A program made the position numbers and the translations under genes. The notes below the pieces were generated by a model, which was not told the DNA's origin, made no database searches, and was given only the letters and a program-made list of their open reading frames with translations. Source: a virus. From it: a DNA stretch of 64,000 bases. Shown here piece by piece: positions 27,502 to 40,800 of this stretch. How positions within the stretch are numbered: the first letter of the stretch is position 1; each line of letters starts with the position of its first letter. The DNA is taken from the IMG/VR virus record IMGVR_UViG_3300013114_000098; one strand, 5' to 3'.

Positions 27502-28208
27502 TGCCAAGTTTTAGTTTACAATCAACTGTTGATAGTAAAAATCTAATAGATTATGGATTGTTTACCGTAATTGACAGTACAGCGGTTAAAACATTAATAA
27601 ACTTGTCTGAACACGAAGCAAGTGATAAATTAATTAATTTTAAAATTAGAAGTACTAGATGGTTAGGCTATGCAAAGAATTCAGTTATTGGATATAAAGG
27701 AACAGTAGGTTTAACTAGTAAAGGATTAACTGAAGCAGAATCTTATACAAACTGGTTAGAAGAATTTAAAGACAAAGAAAGAAGTTTTAAAAAACAACTT
27801 CCATTAACTACATTATCACAATCACAATATGATGCAATGTTAAGTTTATATGTAGATACAGGATCATTTACTCATGTTGGTACTAAAAACAGACAATTTG
27901 AAATATTAGAATTTATTTCTAATAGACAATGGGAACATGTGGCCACTGCATTAACACTTAGTGGTGCCGATAGGCTTACTAGGCAAGTAGAAGCAAAAAT
28001 ATTAATATTAGGTGACTATGGAACATATAAAAATAGATCTTATATTAAAGAAGAAGGTATACGAACTCTTATAAAAGATTATAGTACTAATCAATTAAAT
28101 GATGAACAAACGAAACAAGCAGAGTATGTTTATTACGCAGAAACAAAAAGATTCTTACCTAATATGACTGAAAGTAGAAAGAGACTTCTAGCAAACGAAC
28201 TCAGTTAA
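27501..28208 (+). CDS. Lysozyme-fold baseplate protein, probably catalytically degenerate
   Basis: IGY, LSQSQYDAMLSL...G and R..EA motifs of GH24; canonical E/D/T triad not evident. Confidence 0.55.
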   Translation: MPSFSLQSTVDSKNLIDYGLFTVIDSTAVKTLINLSEHEASDKLINFKIRSTRWLGYAKNSVIGYKGTVGLTSKGLTEAESYTNWLEEFKDKERSFKKQLPLTTLSQSQYDAMLSLYVDTGSFTHVGTKNRQFEILEFISNRQWEHVATALTLSGADRLTRQVEAKILILGDYGTYKNRSYIKEEGIRTLIKDYSTNQLNDEQTKQAEYVYYAETKRFLPNMTESRKRLLANELS

Positions 28209-28249
28209 TTCATAATAATCCAATCATAAACTACATAGTTAATCTTTTG

Positions 28250-28257
28250 CATAAATA
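28250..28257 (+). promoter_or_regulatory. Late promoter CATAAATA (transcript would be nearly leaderless for gp25)
   Basis: Octamer 5 nt before ATG at 28263. Confidence 0.6.
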
Positions 28258-28262
28258 GTTGT

Positions 28263-28646
28263 ATGAGCAATATATTTGGATATACAACATTAGACCAACC
28301 TTACACAAGTAAGAGTCTGAGTGGCTTAGAATTAGCCAAACAGGATCTGTTAAATCATTTTAAAATCCGTAAAGGTGAGAAATGGTCAGACCCTACGTTT
28401 GGGTGCGACTTAGAATTATATGTATTTCAACCGTTAGATCAAGAAACACAAGATAGCATCAACGAAGAGGTTTATAACGTAATAAGTTATGATCCTAGGT
28501 TTGAAATATCTGATTCAACTATAAATGTTGTACATGATGCCCATTCGGTAACAGTTAATGTAAAATTAACTTACTTACCAACAACAACTGCGACCGAGTT
28601 GCAGATTAAATTCGATAAAGAATTCACAGAAAACGAAGAGTTTTAA
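28263..28646 (+). CDS. gp25: Baseplate wedge protein gp25-like
   Basis: RKGEKWSDPTFG, YDPRF motifs. Confidence 0.9.
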   Translation: MSNIFGYTTLDQPYTSKSLSGLELAKQDLLNHFKIRKGEKWSDPTFGCDLELYVFQPLDQETQDSINEEVYNVISYDPRFEISDSTINVVHDAHSVTVNVKLTYLPTTTATELQIKFDKEFTENEEF

Positions 28647-28648
28647 TT

Positions 28649-31600
28649 ATGGCACAGAAATCAAGACAAAATAAACTTTTTGCGGCAGAGGACTTTACAG
28701 TAATTTATGAATCATACATTAATGCAAACTTTCAAGCATTTGATTATGATACTATTAGAACTGCAATGGTTGACTATGTACGCAATAATTATCCAGAAAA
28801 CTACAATGACTGGATAGAATCAGCTGAATTTGTTTCACTACTCGATGTAGTCGCACAATTTGGGCACAACTTAGCATATAGAGTAGATATGAATGCTAGG
28901 AATAATTTTTTAAGTACATCAGAACGACAAGAATCAGTTTACAAATTAGCAGAATTTTTAGGTTATCAGCCAAGACGTAATGTGCCAGCGTATGGCGAGC
29001 TAAAAGTAGTAAGTGTTAAAACAAACGAAAATATTATTGGAAGCGATGGAACAAGTTTAGGTGGAACTGATATTAAATATGAAGTTTCAAACAATGTAAG
29101 TAACTTAGATGATTTTATTACTATAATGAATTCAGTTTTACAAAATAGTAATCATTATGGTAGTCCAAAAAAATCAGTAGTAATTAATAACATAACAACA
29201 GAATTTTATGATCTTAATAACAATCCTAATCAATTTAAATTTGATGTTAATGGAGCAGTATTAGGTTCTTCATCTACATTTAATGTTATAAGCAGTGACT
29301 ATGATAATACTACAAAATCATTTGCAGAAAAATCTCCAGACTCTGCAGGAAGTTTTGGAATATATTTTAAAAATGATGGCAAGGGTATAAACAGTGTTAA
29401 TACTGGATTTTTCTTTGGCGTTAAGCAAGGAACATTACAATATGAAGATTTTACTATAGATACCCCAATTGATAGTATGTCATTAGATGTAACTTCTAAA
29501 AATGTAAATGACACAGACGTATGGGTACAGAATATTGATAGCACAGGTGGCATTGTTAAAGAGTGGACAAAAGTAACAGATGTTAATAGTAATGTAATTT
29601 ATAATAATCTAGCAACAGGTGAACGAGATATATTCAGTGTAAAAACAAGAGAAGATAATAAAATATCAATTTTATTCCCTGATAGTACTTTTGGTAATAT
29701 TCCAAAAGATACAATTAGAGTTTGGTATAGAACAAGTGCTAATAGTACATATGTTTTAAGACCAGATGATTTAACAAGCAAAAAAATACAAATAAACTAT
29801 ACTGGGTTTGATGGTAACACATATGTAGCGGCATTTACTATGCAACTTAAACAATCAGTATCAACAGCAAGTTCAAATGAAACTATAGATGAAATAAGAG
29901 AAAACGCACCAAAGAACTATGCTAGTCAAGACAGAATGATTACCGCACAAGACTATAATACTATGTTAGGAAATTCTAATGGAGGTATTGTAAAAATTAA
30001 AAGTGTTAATAGAACATTCAGTGGGCATAGCAGATATTCAAAATTTATCGATCCTACAGGAACATACAGTAATTTATATTTAACAGGAAACGATGCAGAA
30101 ATAAGATCAGCTGACAACTTAGAAGAATCTGCAACAGCATCAACTGAAAATGCAAAGTTAATATATGAGAAATATGTAAAAGATATTTTAAATAATGATG
30201 AGTTTGTAAATTTATATTATACAAGATTTAGAAAACATTTTGTAGCATTGGCAGTTACAGCTGGTCACTTTGATGGCACAATTGATTCGGGTACTGGATT
30301 TTCTGCAGACACTACGGAAACTGTAGAAGCATCATCTACATATACATGGAACACAGATAGTACTACTGCAAGTAACATTTTAAATGGCTATTTTACAGAT
30401 CCAGCAAATGCTATTAAACGAGTAGGTACTACAGTAACTGATTATACACAATACATTACACCAGGTGCCTTAATTAAATTTAAGCATATTGATACAACAG
30501 TAACTCCTAATGTAACTACAACTAAGTGGGCAAAAGTAGTTGACATAGTTGGGCATGGACTTGGTATAGAAGGTACAGGAAGTAATGCAGGACAACCAAC
30601 TGGTAAAAAATCAGATGGTACGGGTGCTATTGTATTAGATGTTGGAATACCAACTGGTAGCACTATTGAAATTGTATATCCAGGATTATCTAAAAAGTTT
30701 TCTACTAGAGAACAAGAAATAATTACAGATCTGTTAGAAGCAAAAAGATCATTTACTATAAAGTATAGCCCAGCAACTAAAGCATGGGTTGCAGATGTAA
30801 CACCTGCTGTATTTAATGCGACAACTACTTTCCCTACAGACTTTGATACTGCAGATGCAAGTTGGGTTATTTATTTTAATTATGCAGACACATCATATAA
30901 TATTTACTTGAGAACACTAGGAATTAAATTTAAAAGTTCTAAAGTAAACTTAGGAAACATTAGAAATGAATTAGAGATAGGAACATATACTAAAAAAGCA
31001 AAACGAGATATTATTACTATGTTAGGCTCAGATGGCACAAACATAACTAACAAAGGAACTTTCTACGTATATGGTTATAATGTTTATGTTAATTATAGTG
31101 ATTACAGACTAACGTTAATTGATGGCAATGCTGACGCTAGACCAGATAATCCAGATACATTTAGAGATGTAGTAGGCGTAGGAAAAACAACATTACTTGC
31201 TACGGCTGATGTTCCAGTAAACTTTCAATGGGAACATATTGCCGCAGACAATCAAGTAGTAGACCCTAGCTTTACAAACATCATTGATGTATTTGCTTTG
31301 TCAAAAACATATGACACAGAATATAAAAATTACTTAAATGATGTAATCATAACAGAACCTACACCACCTACTAGTTATCAACTAGGAACACAATTTGCTG
31401 GCCTTGATGGCAAAAAAGCAATAAGTGATACTATTGTTTATAAACCTGTTAAGTATAAACCAATGTTTGGAACACATGCAGAATCACATCTTAAAGCAAG
31501 GTTTAGAATAATTAAATTATTTGGTTCGAACATTACTGACAGTGATTTAAAATCAAAAACAGTATCAGCTATAAATGCTTTCTTTGAATCAAGCAATTGG

Positions 31601-31828
31601 GAATTTGGTGAAACATTTTACTTTACAGAACTAGCGGCATATGTACATAAAGAACTCGCTGGTGTATTAAGTAGTTTTGTTATTGTACCACAAGGAGCAG
31701 GTAGTGTATTTGGTGATATGTTTGAATATACACCAAACACAGATGAACTTATTATAGCAGATGTAGATGTAGATGATATTGATATTATTGAAAACATCAC
31801 AGACGCAAACATTAAAGCAGGAAGTTAA
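28649..31828 (+). CDS. gp6: Baseplate wedge protein gp6-like
   Basis: FDYDTIR, NNFLSTSERQES..LA..LGY, YASQDRMITAQDY motifs. Confidence 0.88.
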   Translation: MAQKSRQNKLFAAEDFTVIYESYINANFQAFDYDTIRTAMVDYVRNNYPENYNDWIESAEFVSLLDVVAQFGHNLAYRVDMNARNNFLSTSERQESVYKLAEFLGYQPRRNVPAYGELKVVSVKTNENIIGSDGTSLGGTDIKYEVSNNVSNLDDFITIMNSVLQNSNHYGSPKKSVVINNITTEFYDLNNNPNQFKFDVNGAVLGSSSTFNVISSDYDNTTKSFAEKSPDSAGSFGIYFKNDGKGINSVNTGFFFGVKQGTLQYEDFTIDTPIDSMSLDVTSKNVNDTDVWVQNIDSTGGIVKEWTKVTDVNSNVIYNNLATGERDIFSVKTREDNKISILFPDSTFGNIPKDTIRVWYRTSANSTYVLRPDDLTSKKIQINYTGFDGNTYVAAFTMQLKQSVSTASSNETIDEIRENAPKNYASQDRMITAQDYNTMLGNSNGGIVKIKSVNRTFSGHSRYSKFIDPTGTYSNLYLTGNDAEIRSADNLEESATASTENAKLIYEKYVKDILNNDEFVNLYYTRFRKHFVALAVTAGHFDGTIDSGTGFSADTTETVEASSTYTWNTDSTTASNILNGYFTDPANAIKRVGTTVTDYTQYITPGALIKFKHIDTTVTPNVTTTKWAKVVDIVGHGLGIEGTGSNAGQPTGKKSDGTGAIVLDVGIPTGSTIEIVYPGLSKKFSTREQEIITDLLEAKRSFTIKYSPATKAWVADVTPAVFNATTTFPTDFDTADASWVIYFNYADTSYNIYLRTLGIKFKSSKVNLGNIRNELEIGTYTKKAKRDIITMLGSDGTNITNKGTFYVYGYNVYVNYSDYRLTLIDGNADARPDNPDTFRDVVGVGKTTLLATADVPVNFQWEHIAADNQVVDPSFTNIIDVFALSKTYDTEYKNYLNDVIITEPTPPTSYQLGTQFAGLDGKKAISDTIVYKPVKYKPMFGTHAESHLKARFRIIKLFGSNITDSDLKSKTVSAINAFFESSNWEFGETFYFTELAAYVHKELAGVLSSFVIVPQGAGSVFGDMFEYTPNTDELIIADVDVDDIDIIENITDANIKAGS

Positions 31829-31831
31829 TAA

Positions 31832-34800
31832 ATGGCTAAGAAACGATCAGGACAGCAAACGGTCAATAATGTAAAATCTAGTAACTTCTTACCTACTGTT
31901 TTTCAAACAGAACTTAATAAAAGTTGGTTAGATAGTACACTTGATCAAATGGTTTCTAAAGGACCACTTGAGAATATAGATGGTTACATTGGAAGTAGAA
32001 ACGGAAAAGTATCATTAGCAAGTGACGACTACTTAGAAACAAAAGAAACTAAAAGCCAATTAAAACCTGCAGTCGTTTCATATAATAAACAAAAAGAATT
32101 AACTAATGCAATTACATTTGATGATATTGCAAATTCTATTAATACAAACTTTAGCACATATAACTATAATGCGGCATATGCTTCAGACAGATATAGTTTT
32201 AATCCGCCAATTAATATTGATAAGTTTGTTAACTATACCAACTATCGTTGGGTAGAAGAATTACCTGTATACGAAAGTATATGGACAGGTTCAGCTAAAA
32301 ATCCAATAACAGATATACAAACTAACGGCAAGTCACAACTAGTAGATGATAACAATACATTTACAGTTGAGAACAATATGCTTATTAAGTTTACTGGTTC
32401 TGGATGGAACGCAAGTGTTTTAAACAAAACATATATAGTAGCAGGCTCGGCAGGTAAACATAAATTATACGAATATATAGATGAGAACGGTGTTAGAGTA
32501 TATAACAACACAGTAAAACATTCAGAAAACAATGATGGTGTGTGGCATAACAATGTATTATTTAATGCAGAATTAAATACAAACTACAATGGATATAATG
32601 CTGGCACTGTTGAGTCACCAGAGCAATTAGTAACACACTACAATAATACTAATCCAAGATTACCATTTTTTGATGGGTTTAACTTCCCACAACTAACATC
32701 TAATCCTACACAACTTATTAGTGATATGCTTGTAAAATTTACAGGCAGTTGGGTACACAGTGGTATAACAAATAGTACTGATATATTTTCAATAACAATT
32801 AATGCTACTACTGGTGATATAGCAATAACAGCGGCAACAGCTGCCCAAATAATATCTGCAAATGAAACATTATCACCTGACAATAATTTAATGTATGATG
32901 AAGGCAATGCAGTAACCCCACAAAAAGATTATATTGTTATTACAAAAGATGACCCATTTCAAACTGCATGGAGTAGAGCTAACCATTGGGTTAATATTAG
33001 TACAATTAATAAACTAGTTGACCTGATACCTACTTACGATTTTACTGAAATTAAAAATATTAAAAGAAAAGCACAAAGGCCTATCATAGAATATAATGCT
33101 GGTATAAACTTATGGAACCAAGCAGAACACACAGGCGTTCAATACTTAGGAGCAGTACACGGATTAGCACAAGCAGACGCTAAGCCAACTACAGTAGGTG
33201 ACAAGTATCTTTACATTGATAATAGTGATTACAAACTTTATACAGTTGCATCAGGAACAGATACTTCAGTAGATTTAACAGACAATGATACGTTCTCTAT
33301 TAAATCTACTTTACATACTTCATGGGTAGAAGCAGATGGTTATTGTATTGATGGTACAATTACACTAGCACAACAAAAAACAAAAATCAATCAATATCCT
33401 TTATATAAATTTTATAACATGGAAGGTGAATCATTAGAAGGTGGATGTGGTAAGTCATTTACAGGTGATAAGATTTTTGGTTACAAAGTAGGAACAGGTA
33501 CAAACGATACAGAGCTAGGATTTCCATTAAGTTTTAAAGATACACCAAAGGGTGCTGAATATGAATTTGAAAACTTTATTTTAACTAACAAGTATTATAC
33601 TAATCACTCAAACGCAGAATACTCAAAAGCAACTTATTCAAAAGATCAAATAGGATACAATTTATTTAAGCAGAACAATGTACTAAAAACTATATATACA
33701 CCAGCTGGCAATATAGCAGGTGCATTTGAAAATGCACAATATAAAATAGAAGCAATAGATGCACCATTAACAATCCCATATGGATATAATAACTGGAGAC
33801 CAACATCAACATATTTAATTCATAATATAGACAACGATGTTTCTATTACTATTGCTCATGACAATGGAACTACTCACACAACACGCACAGGTAATGCAGA
33901 ACTATATACAGTAGGTGAAAACCAAACAGTTGTATTTGAGAATTTAACAGGATTAGCATTAACAGTTGTTTCATATGGTGTAGATATTGAATCAACATCT
34001 ATACCAGAAATTTCATTTGCAAGGTCAGGACAAAAAATAACTTTAGTAACAAGTGCATCTAGTAACAATACTCATTTTGATATTGTTGCAGGCGGAACAA
34101 CAGTATTACAATCATTTATTGTAACTCAACAATGGGATAATTCATTTTACAAACTTACAGTAAACGGTAACAACATAGAACCAGCAAAAGTAACTATAGG
34201 TGCAACAACTGTTACAATAGACGAAAGTGCATTTGCAATTAATGACTTAGTTGACTTTAGTTGGCGAAATAATGACTTAGCAAATAAAACAACTAATATA
34301 AGTTTACCAGATGTACATATCCATAACGCAAACAACACAGCTATTGAAACATTTACAATGAGCGAAACTATTAACCACTGGACAGATAAACTAAATGCAA
34401 TGCCAGGGTTCGATGGCAATATGCTTGGTGATAATAATTTTGCTAGTATACCTCATACAACACACCACGGTGGCACAATCTTTATGCATGAGAATATTAG
34501 TGCAATGCATGATATTAATTATTCTAATAACAATTTAACAATTACAGGAGCATTAGTTGAGCAAGGAAAAGAGTTTGATGCATTTAGAACAAGAGTAGGT
34601 GCCCAAGCAAGACGATTATATACATTAGGTACTACAACTATACAAGCATTAACAGATAGTGCAATAACTGAAATTCTTAGAAACAAACAAAAAAGTAAAT
34701 TATACAACACGTCTAATATGCTTTATACAGATTTAATTAATAAACATGAATTTGATTTAGAAGATGCAGACCCGGCAAACTTTACTAAAACATTTAAAAC

Positions 34801-37800
34801 AAGATTTACATTTAACGGTGATACTAATATTAGAGATCACGTATACGTTTACTTAACAGAAAACAATGGTAGCAACGTACAAGTAAGAAAACTTCTTTTA
34901 AAAGATAGAGATTATACATTTCTAAGTGATACAGTTACATTAAATGTTACTTATGCCGCATTAGACACTGCTAAGACAGCTCCTAAAGTAGAAGTTTATC
35001 ATATTAAAATGGACGAGGAATCTTATGTTCCACCTAGTATGGTTAAACTTGGATTAGCATATGGTGTTGAACCGCAAGTACATGGAAACATTTTATACAC
35101 ACATGATGGTAAACAAATAGATGTAACGGGCAAAGATATTGAAAACATTGGAGCAGGTGCAACGTTTGATCCTGTTAATGCAGTAATATTTGAAATGGAA
35201 AAACGTATATATGCTGGACTAGTTAAAGAAGATGCTATGTACAATGATGAGAGTGAAGGAGTAGATAGATTTAATTCTCCAGTAGAATACATACCAACTG
35301 AACATGTAGGTACATGGTTTAAATTAAATGATTTAAATAATTACGTAGAAAAACATTATTACAAGTGGGCAAGACTTAATAAAATTACAAGCCTAAACAC
35401 AGCTAATTATTATGATGCCGCAGATCCATTTACATGGAATTATAGCACCATAACAATTAGTGGACACTTTACAGGCAATACATTACCAGGACATTGGAAG
35501 GGTGCGTACACACACTTATTTGGAACATGCACACCACACATTACTCCGTGGCATATGTTAGGTTACGCATTTAAGCCAACTTGGTGGGATGCAAATTATA
35601 GTTGGACAGATGCAACTAAACGTACAGCATTATTAAATGCATTGAGTAAAGGTATTATTTCAAATCCAAGTAGCAATACAACACAAGTAATAAGAAATGC
35701 AAGACACTCTTGGGATTTTACAACTAAGTGTCCAGTTAAAGCAGATGGCACACTGGAAGATCCTAGCACAGTATTAGGCATGCCAGCAAATATTGATAAA
35801 GAAAAAGAATTTGTATTTGGTGATTGGGGACCTGTAGAAGCACAATGGAGACTAAGTGCATTTGGTCAATCTATGATGCTAGACGCAGTATTAAAATTAA
35901 ATCCTGCAAAAGCATGGACAGACTTTTTTCAACCTGGTGTTATTGGCAAACATAACGCAATTATAAGAAATACAAATCATTATAATAAATTATTGCCTGC
36001 AACAGGTGATTATAAAATTCCAGGAAAAATATATGAGAACAGCATTGAGAGTTTAACACTTAATAGTAACTCATCAAACACATTAGAAAAAACAGGATAT
36101 TTTAATATATTAGATGATAGCAAAAGTACTATTGCTAGAGCAAGATATAGACTTACTGTACCAAGTGCAAGTACAGGAACAGCAGAAGTTCTTAGTTTAA
36201 TAGAACGTGGGCTAGACTTTACTGGGCAACCAATTGTTTCATATGTTGGATCTGATTCAGTACTAAATCCTATAGATGTTGCAATAAAACTTAAACAAGT
36301 TCCATTTACAGCAAATGGAATAGCACAAGCACAATACAACTATATAATTAGAAATAGCATTGACGTTAGTTTAGAAGACTTATATAAAAATTTAACAACT
36401 AAATTACAAGCAAAACTAAACGGTTTTACTAGTAAACATTTAATAAATGTATCTGCAGAAACTAGTGTAGTGGGTGACTTTGAATTAGGAATTGCTGATT
36501 TTAATGTTAGCATGTATGAAGGTTCTGTTACAGAACTAGTTACAGCAAGTTTATTAGTTATTACAAAAACACTTACTGGTTATAAAGTAGCAGGTATTAA
36601 TAATAACACTAGAGAGTTTAAATTTTATGAACCGAACTTAGTAAGCCCAACAGATTATACAACACAAACTATTGCTGGGCAAACAGTAAGACGATATAAT
36701 AAATTTGTTACAACACCAAGTATTGTTGAGTATGATGCAGAATTTGAAAAACTACAAGACATGTATAATTTTATACGAGGCTATTGGAATTGGATGGAAA
36801 CAAGCGGGTATACACCTGCTTACGATGGTGACAGCTCTGCTAGTGATTTTGTTACATGGGCATTACGTGCAGAAGTTAATAACGGATATATTTTACAAAT
36901 AGGTAGAGAAATTAAATTTAAACCAACAAGTGGTCATGTATATGAGTATAACCAATTAGAATATAATAGCAATGATATTTTATTAACGGATTCTACTAGA
37001 ATAGAAAATAGCAAGTTAGGTATTAAACGTGCTGATGGAACAACTTCAATTGAAACAAAAAATAAAGAATTTATAGGAAGTGTTACCAGTGCTGTTTTAG
37101 ATTACGAACATATTATTATATTTGAAAACAAAACAGCATTAGGAGTAAATATTTTTGATGACGTTAAAAATAATAGTCAAGAACGACTTCGATTAAAAGG
37201 ACAAAGAACACAAAATTGGACAGGTGAAAAGAAAGCACCTGGTTACTTAGTATTTAATGATAGCATTGTACAAAACTTTGACAGTGCAGTACAAAGCATT
37301 GATGATATGTACAGAACAGATGTAGATCATTTTAATGAGTCATTTTCAAAAGCAAAAGATTTAACAATAGGAAATGTAGAAGGACTGTTATTAGATAATT
37401 TAGGTATTAATAAAAACGTACTAACAAACTATCATCAAGGTATGATAAAAGAAAAAGGTACAAAGGGTGCAGTAGAACATATAGGTAAAAGTGATATACT
37501 ACATAATAGTGAAACAAAAGTTTCCGCATACGAACAATATATGTTTAGGCAATCACATTTAGGTAATGACGATTTTGATAATGCACTTGAAATAGAAATA
37601 GTTTCGAGCGATGTTAATTCATCACCTCAAGTAATAACCCTTGATAAAACATCTACAGATTCTAATGTAATTGTAGCAACTAGTGATAAAATTGTTAATG
37701 ATAAATCTATTACATTTGATACATTAAGTTATGAAGATTCAAATTCTGACATACTTACAGGAGGCGAGGCTCTAGCTACTGAAACAAAATATAGAGTATT

Positions 37801-40800
37801 AAATTCAACTAAATTAAGTTCTGTATTTGACAGTACTGCTGATTATGCAATAATTCCTACATGGAGCCCTATAGTTAGTTATAAAAAAGGTGATCAAGTA
37901 CGTTTCAGAGGTGAGTTGTGGAAATGTAATACAAACTTTACTGGCTTAGATGTAGTAGCACCAGCTATAGAAGTAACAACACCATTAGCAACAGATCAAC
38001 AAATACTTACATACGGAACAGTAGCAAACATTGCTGGAACAACAGTTACTATTGAGAAAACAAATCTAGCATATAATGATATTGTTGCTACAGGTTCATC
38101 TTTTACTCCATTCTTAGAAAGCGAAACTCTTAGTATCGCAGGTGAAACAATTACATTTAATAAACAAGAAAGTATACCTACAGTAATAGGACCAGCAGTT
38201 ATACTTGGTGAAGCAGGACCTGTTTCATTTACTGATGTAACTGGCAAGAGCATTACTATTAATATTAGACATGGTACAAATGGTGATAGTAATACAGTAA
38301 TTGATTTTGATACAACACCAGCAAACGTAGTTGAAAACTTTACAGGCGATGGAACTACAACACAATTTACAATAGCACAAACAATGTCGGGTGCTACTTA
38401 CATGGTAGACAGTATAACAGTTAACGGTGTAACACAAAATGTAACAACAGACTATACACAAAATTTGCAAATTATTACTTTTGTAAATGCACCAGCAAAT
38501 AGTGCCGCTATTGTTATAACATTAGTACACACGCCACACCAGATGAGTTCAACACAAATTAGAGATCGTATTAATTCTTATGGTATAGCAAACTTAACAG
38601 CATCACTTGAAACAGCAGGCACTATTGAAGTATTACAATTAAGTTATCAAGATACTGATGTAGAAAATGAATTAGTCTTGGAAGCGGGTTCAACTAATAA
38701 CGATTTAGGATTCATTACAAGTCCAATAAATCAACAGATAGTTAAAGCACAACCACAACAAGGAGTACTTACTCCAACTAATTTAACTGTAGAAGAAGTT
38801 AGAGATCAGATTAATAATACATCTGTTCTTCCAACAAATATAACAGCAACAGTCGCTAGTGGTAATATTGTATTAACAGATACAACAGGATCAACCCCAT
38901 TATTAATATCTGGAACAGCAAGAACAAAATTAGGTTTAGATGCAAGTTATCCAGTAAGTACATATTCAGCTAATCGCTCAGCAACATATTCAGAAGCAGT
39001 AGCAGATATACAAGCGGCTCTTACAGCGGCAAGTATAACAGATGTTAGTATTGTTGTAATTGGAAACGCAATTAAAATAACATCAACTGCGGCAAGTTTA
39101 ACTTTAGGTGATACTACTTTTAATAGCCAAACAGGATTACAAACAGGAACTATATATGCGGCAGAAGGTAATATTGATAATATATGGGACAGCGATCATG
39201 CATCTTACTTTGATGCAATAACTGCCGACCCAGCATTATATAACATACTAGTAGCAGACGATAGTGATTTTGAAATTACTTCTTCTGGTGCAGTACAAAC
39301 AAAGTTCTGGGGATGGAATGTTCTTCAAGTAACACAAAGACGACAAGATGTTTCAGGAGTACTTACTACTACACCATTATATAGTTTACCAAGTGCGGCT
39401 AAAAATGCGGCTTCATCAAATCCTACTACATGTGGTATATGTGCAGGTACTTCAAGTAAAGATGGTAATGATGCTGAAATAACAACTAACCTTCCACACG
39501 GATTACAAGTAGGTGATTGGGTACAATTATTAAACACAGATACTACACCAAACATAGATGGAATACACAAAGTAACAAAAGTAGATGCAAACGACAATCA
39601 AATATTTTATATAGACGAGTACATTGAACATTGTGGTAATGCAGTATCAATTATGCCATTAGTAACTACTAGATTTACAAACATAGATCAAAGAGACGGA
39701 GATGGTACTGTAACATATAATAATATAACAGGTGCAGAGAGTCTTGCACGTTGGAATATTCCAACTGATGCATATACTTTCCTTAGTTATGTAGATGCAG
39801 TTAGAGGAACATATGTATACAAAAAAGGTACAACACTTGCTACTAGAATTAATAAAACAAGGCCTACTAATAAAGATATAGACAGTGTAGTAATTTATAA
39901 TCATAAAGAAAATAAATCAAAAGTGCAATTAGAAGTATGGGATCCAATGAGAAAGATTATTCCTGGTATAGCTCAACAAAATTTAGATTATATTAATTTC
40001 TCTGACAATGCAATTTATACCACATCAACTGATACTAATCATCTTGTAGACTTAGATAATGCATGGGGTGAAGAACAAATAGGAACTAGATGGTGGGATA
40101 TAAGTAAAGCAAGATACTATGATTACGACCAAGGCGGGTCGGTTAATAAGACAGCCGCTTGGGGATACTTATACCCAGGAGCAGAAATTGTTGTTTGGGA
40201 ATGGATTAAATCAAGTGTAGCACCAGATGATTATGCTGATGCAGTAACTAATTTAACAGAAATGTTTGGAACAATAGCAACTGGTGAAGCATACTCTGTT
40301 TACGATAATGTTGCAAAAGAAACATTATATTACTATACAACAGAAAAAGAATATAATAGACAAACAGGATCTTATAATGATGTATATTATTATTGGGTTA
40401 AAGATAAAACAACAATGTCAGATACAAGAACATTATCAGCATATGATGTTGCTAGTATGATTGAAAATCCAACAGCAAGTGGTGTTAGTTGGTTTGCAGT
40501 TATAAGCGAAAACGAAATTATCATTGATAATATTAATTATTATATAGAAGATAAAAATACTGTATTACAAATTAATAAAGCAGGTAATAAATTTAACTCA
40601 CATAACGAATGGATGCTTATTGCAAAAGATTCAGATTTAATTCCAGAGTATTATATAAATGCTATGAAACGTAATTTTGCTGGTAGAGATGGTAGTAAAA
40701 CACCATTGCCATATTCAACATTACATAAGTTTAATAGATACGGTGATGATATGACTATTGGTCAAACATGGTTTAATAATTTATCGGATGCCAGAAGAAA

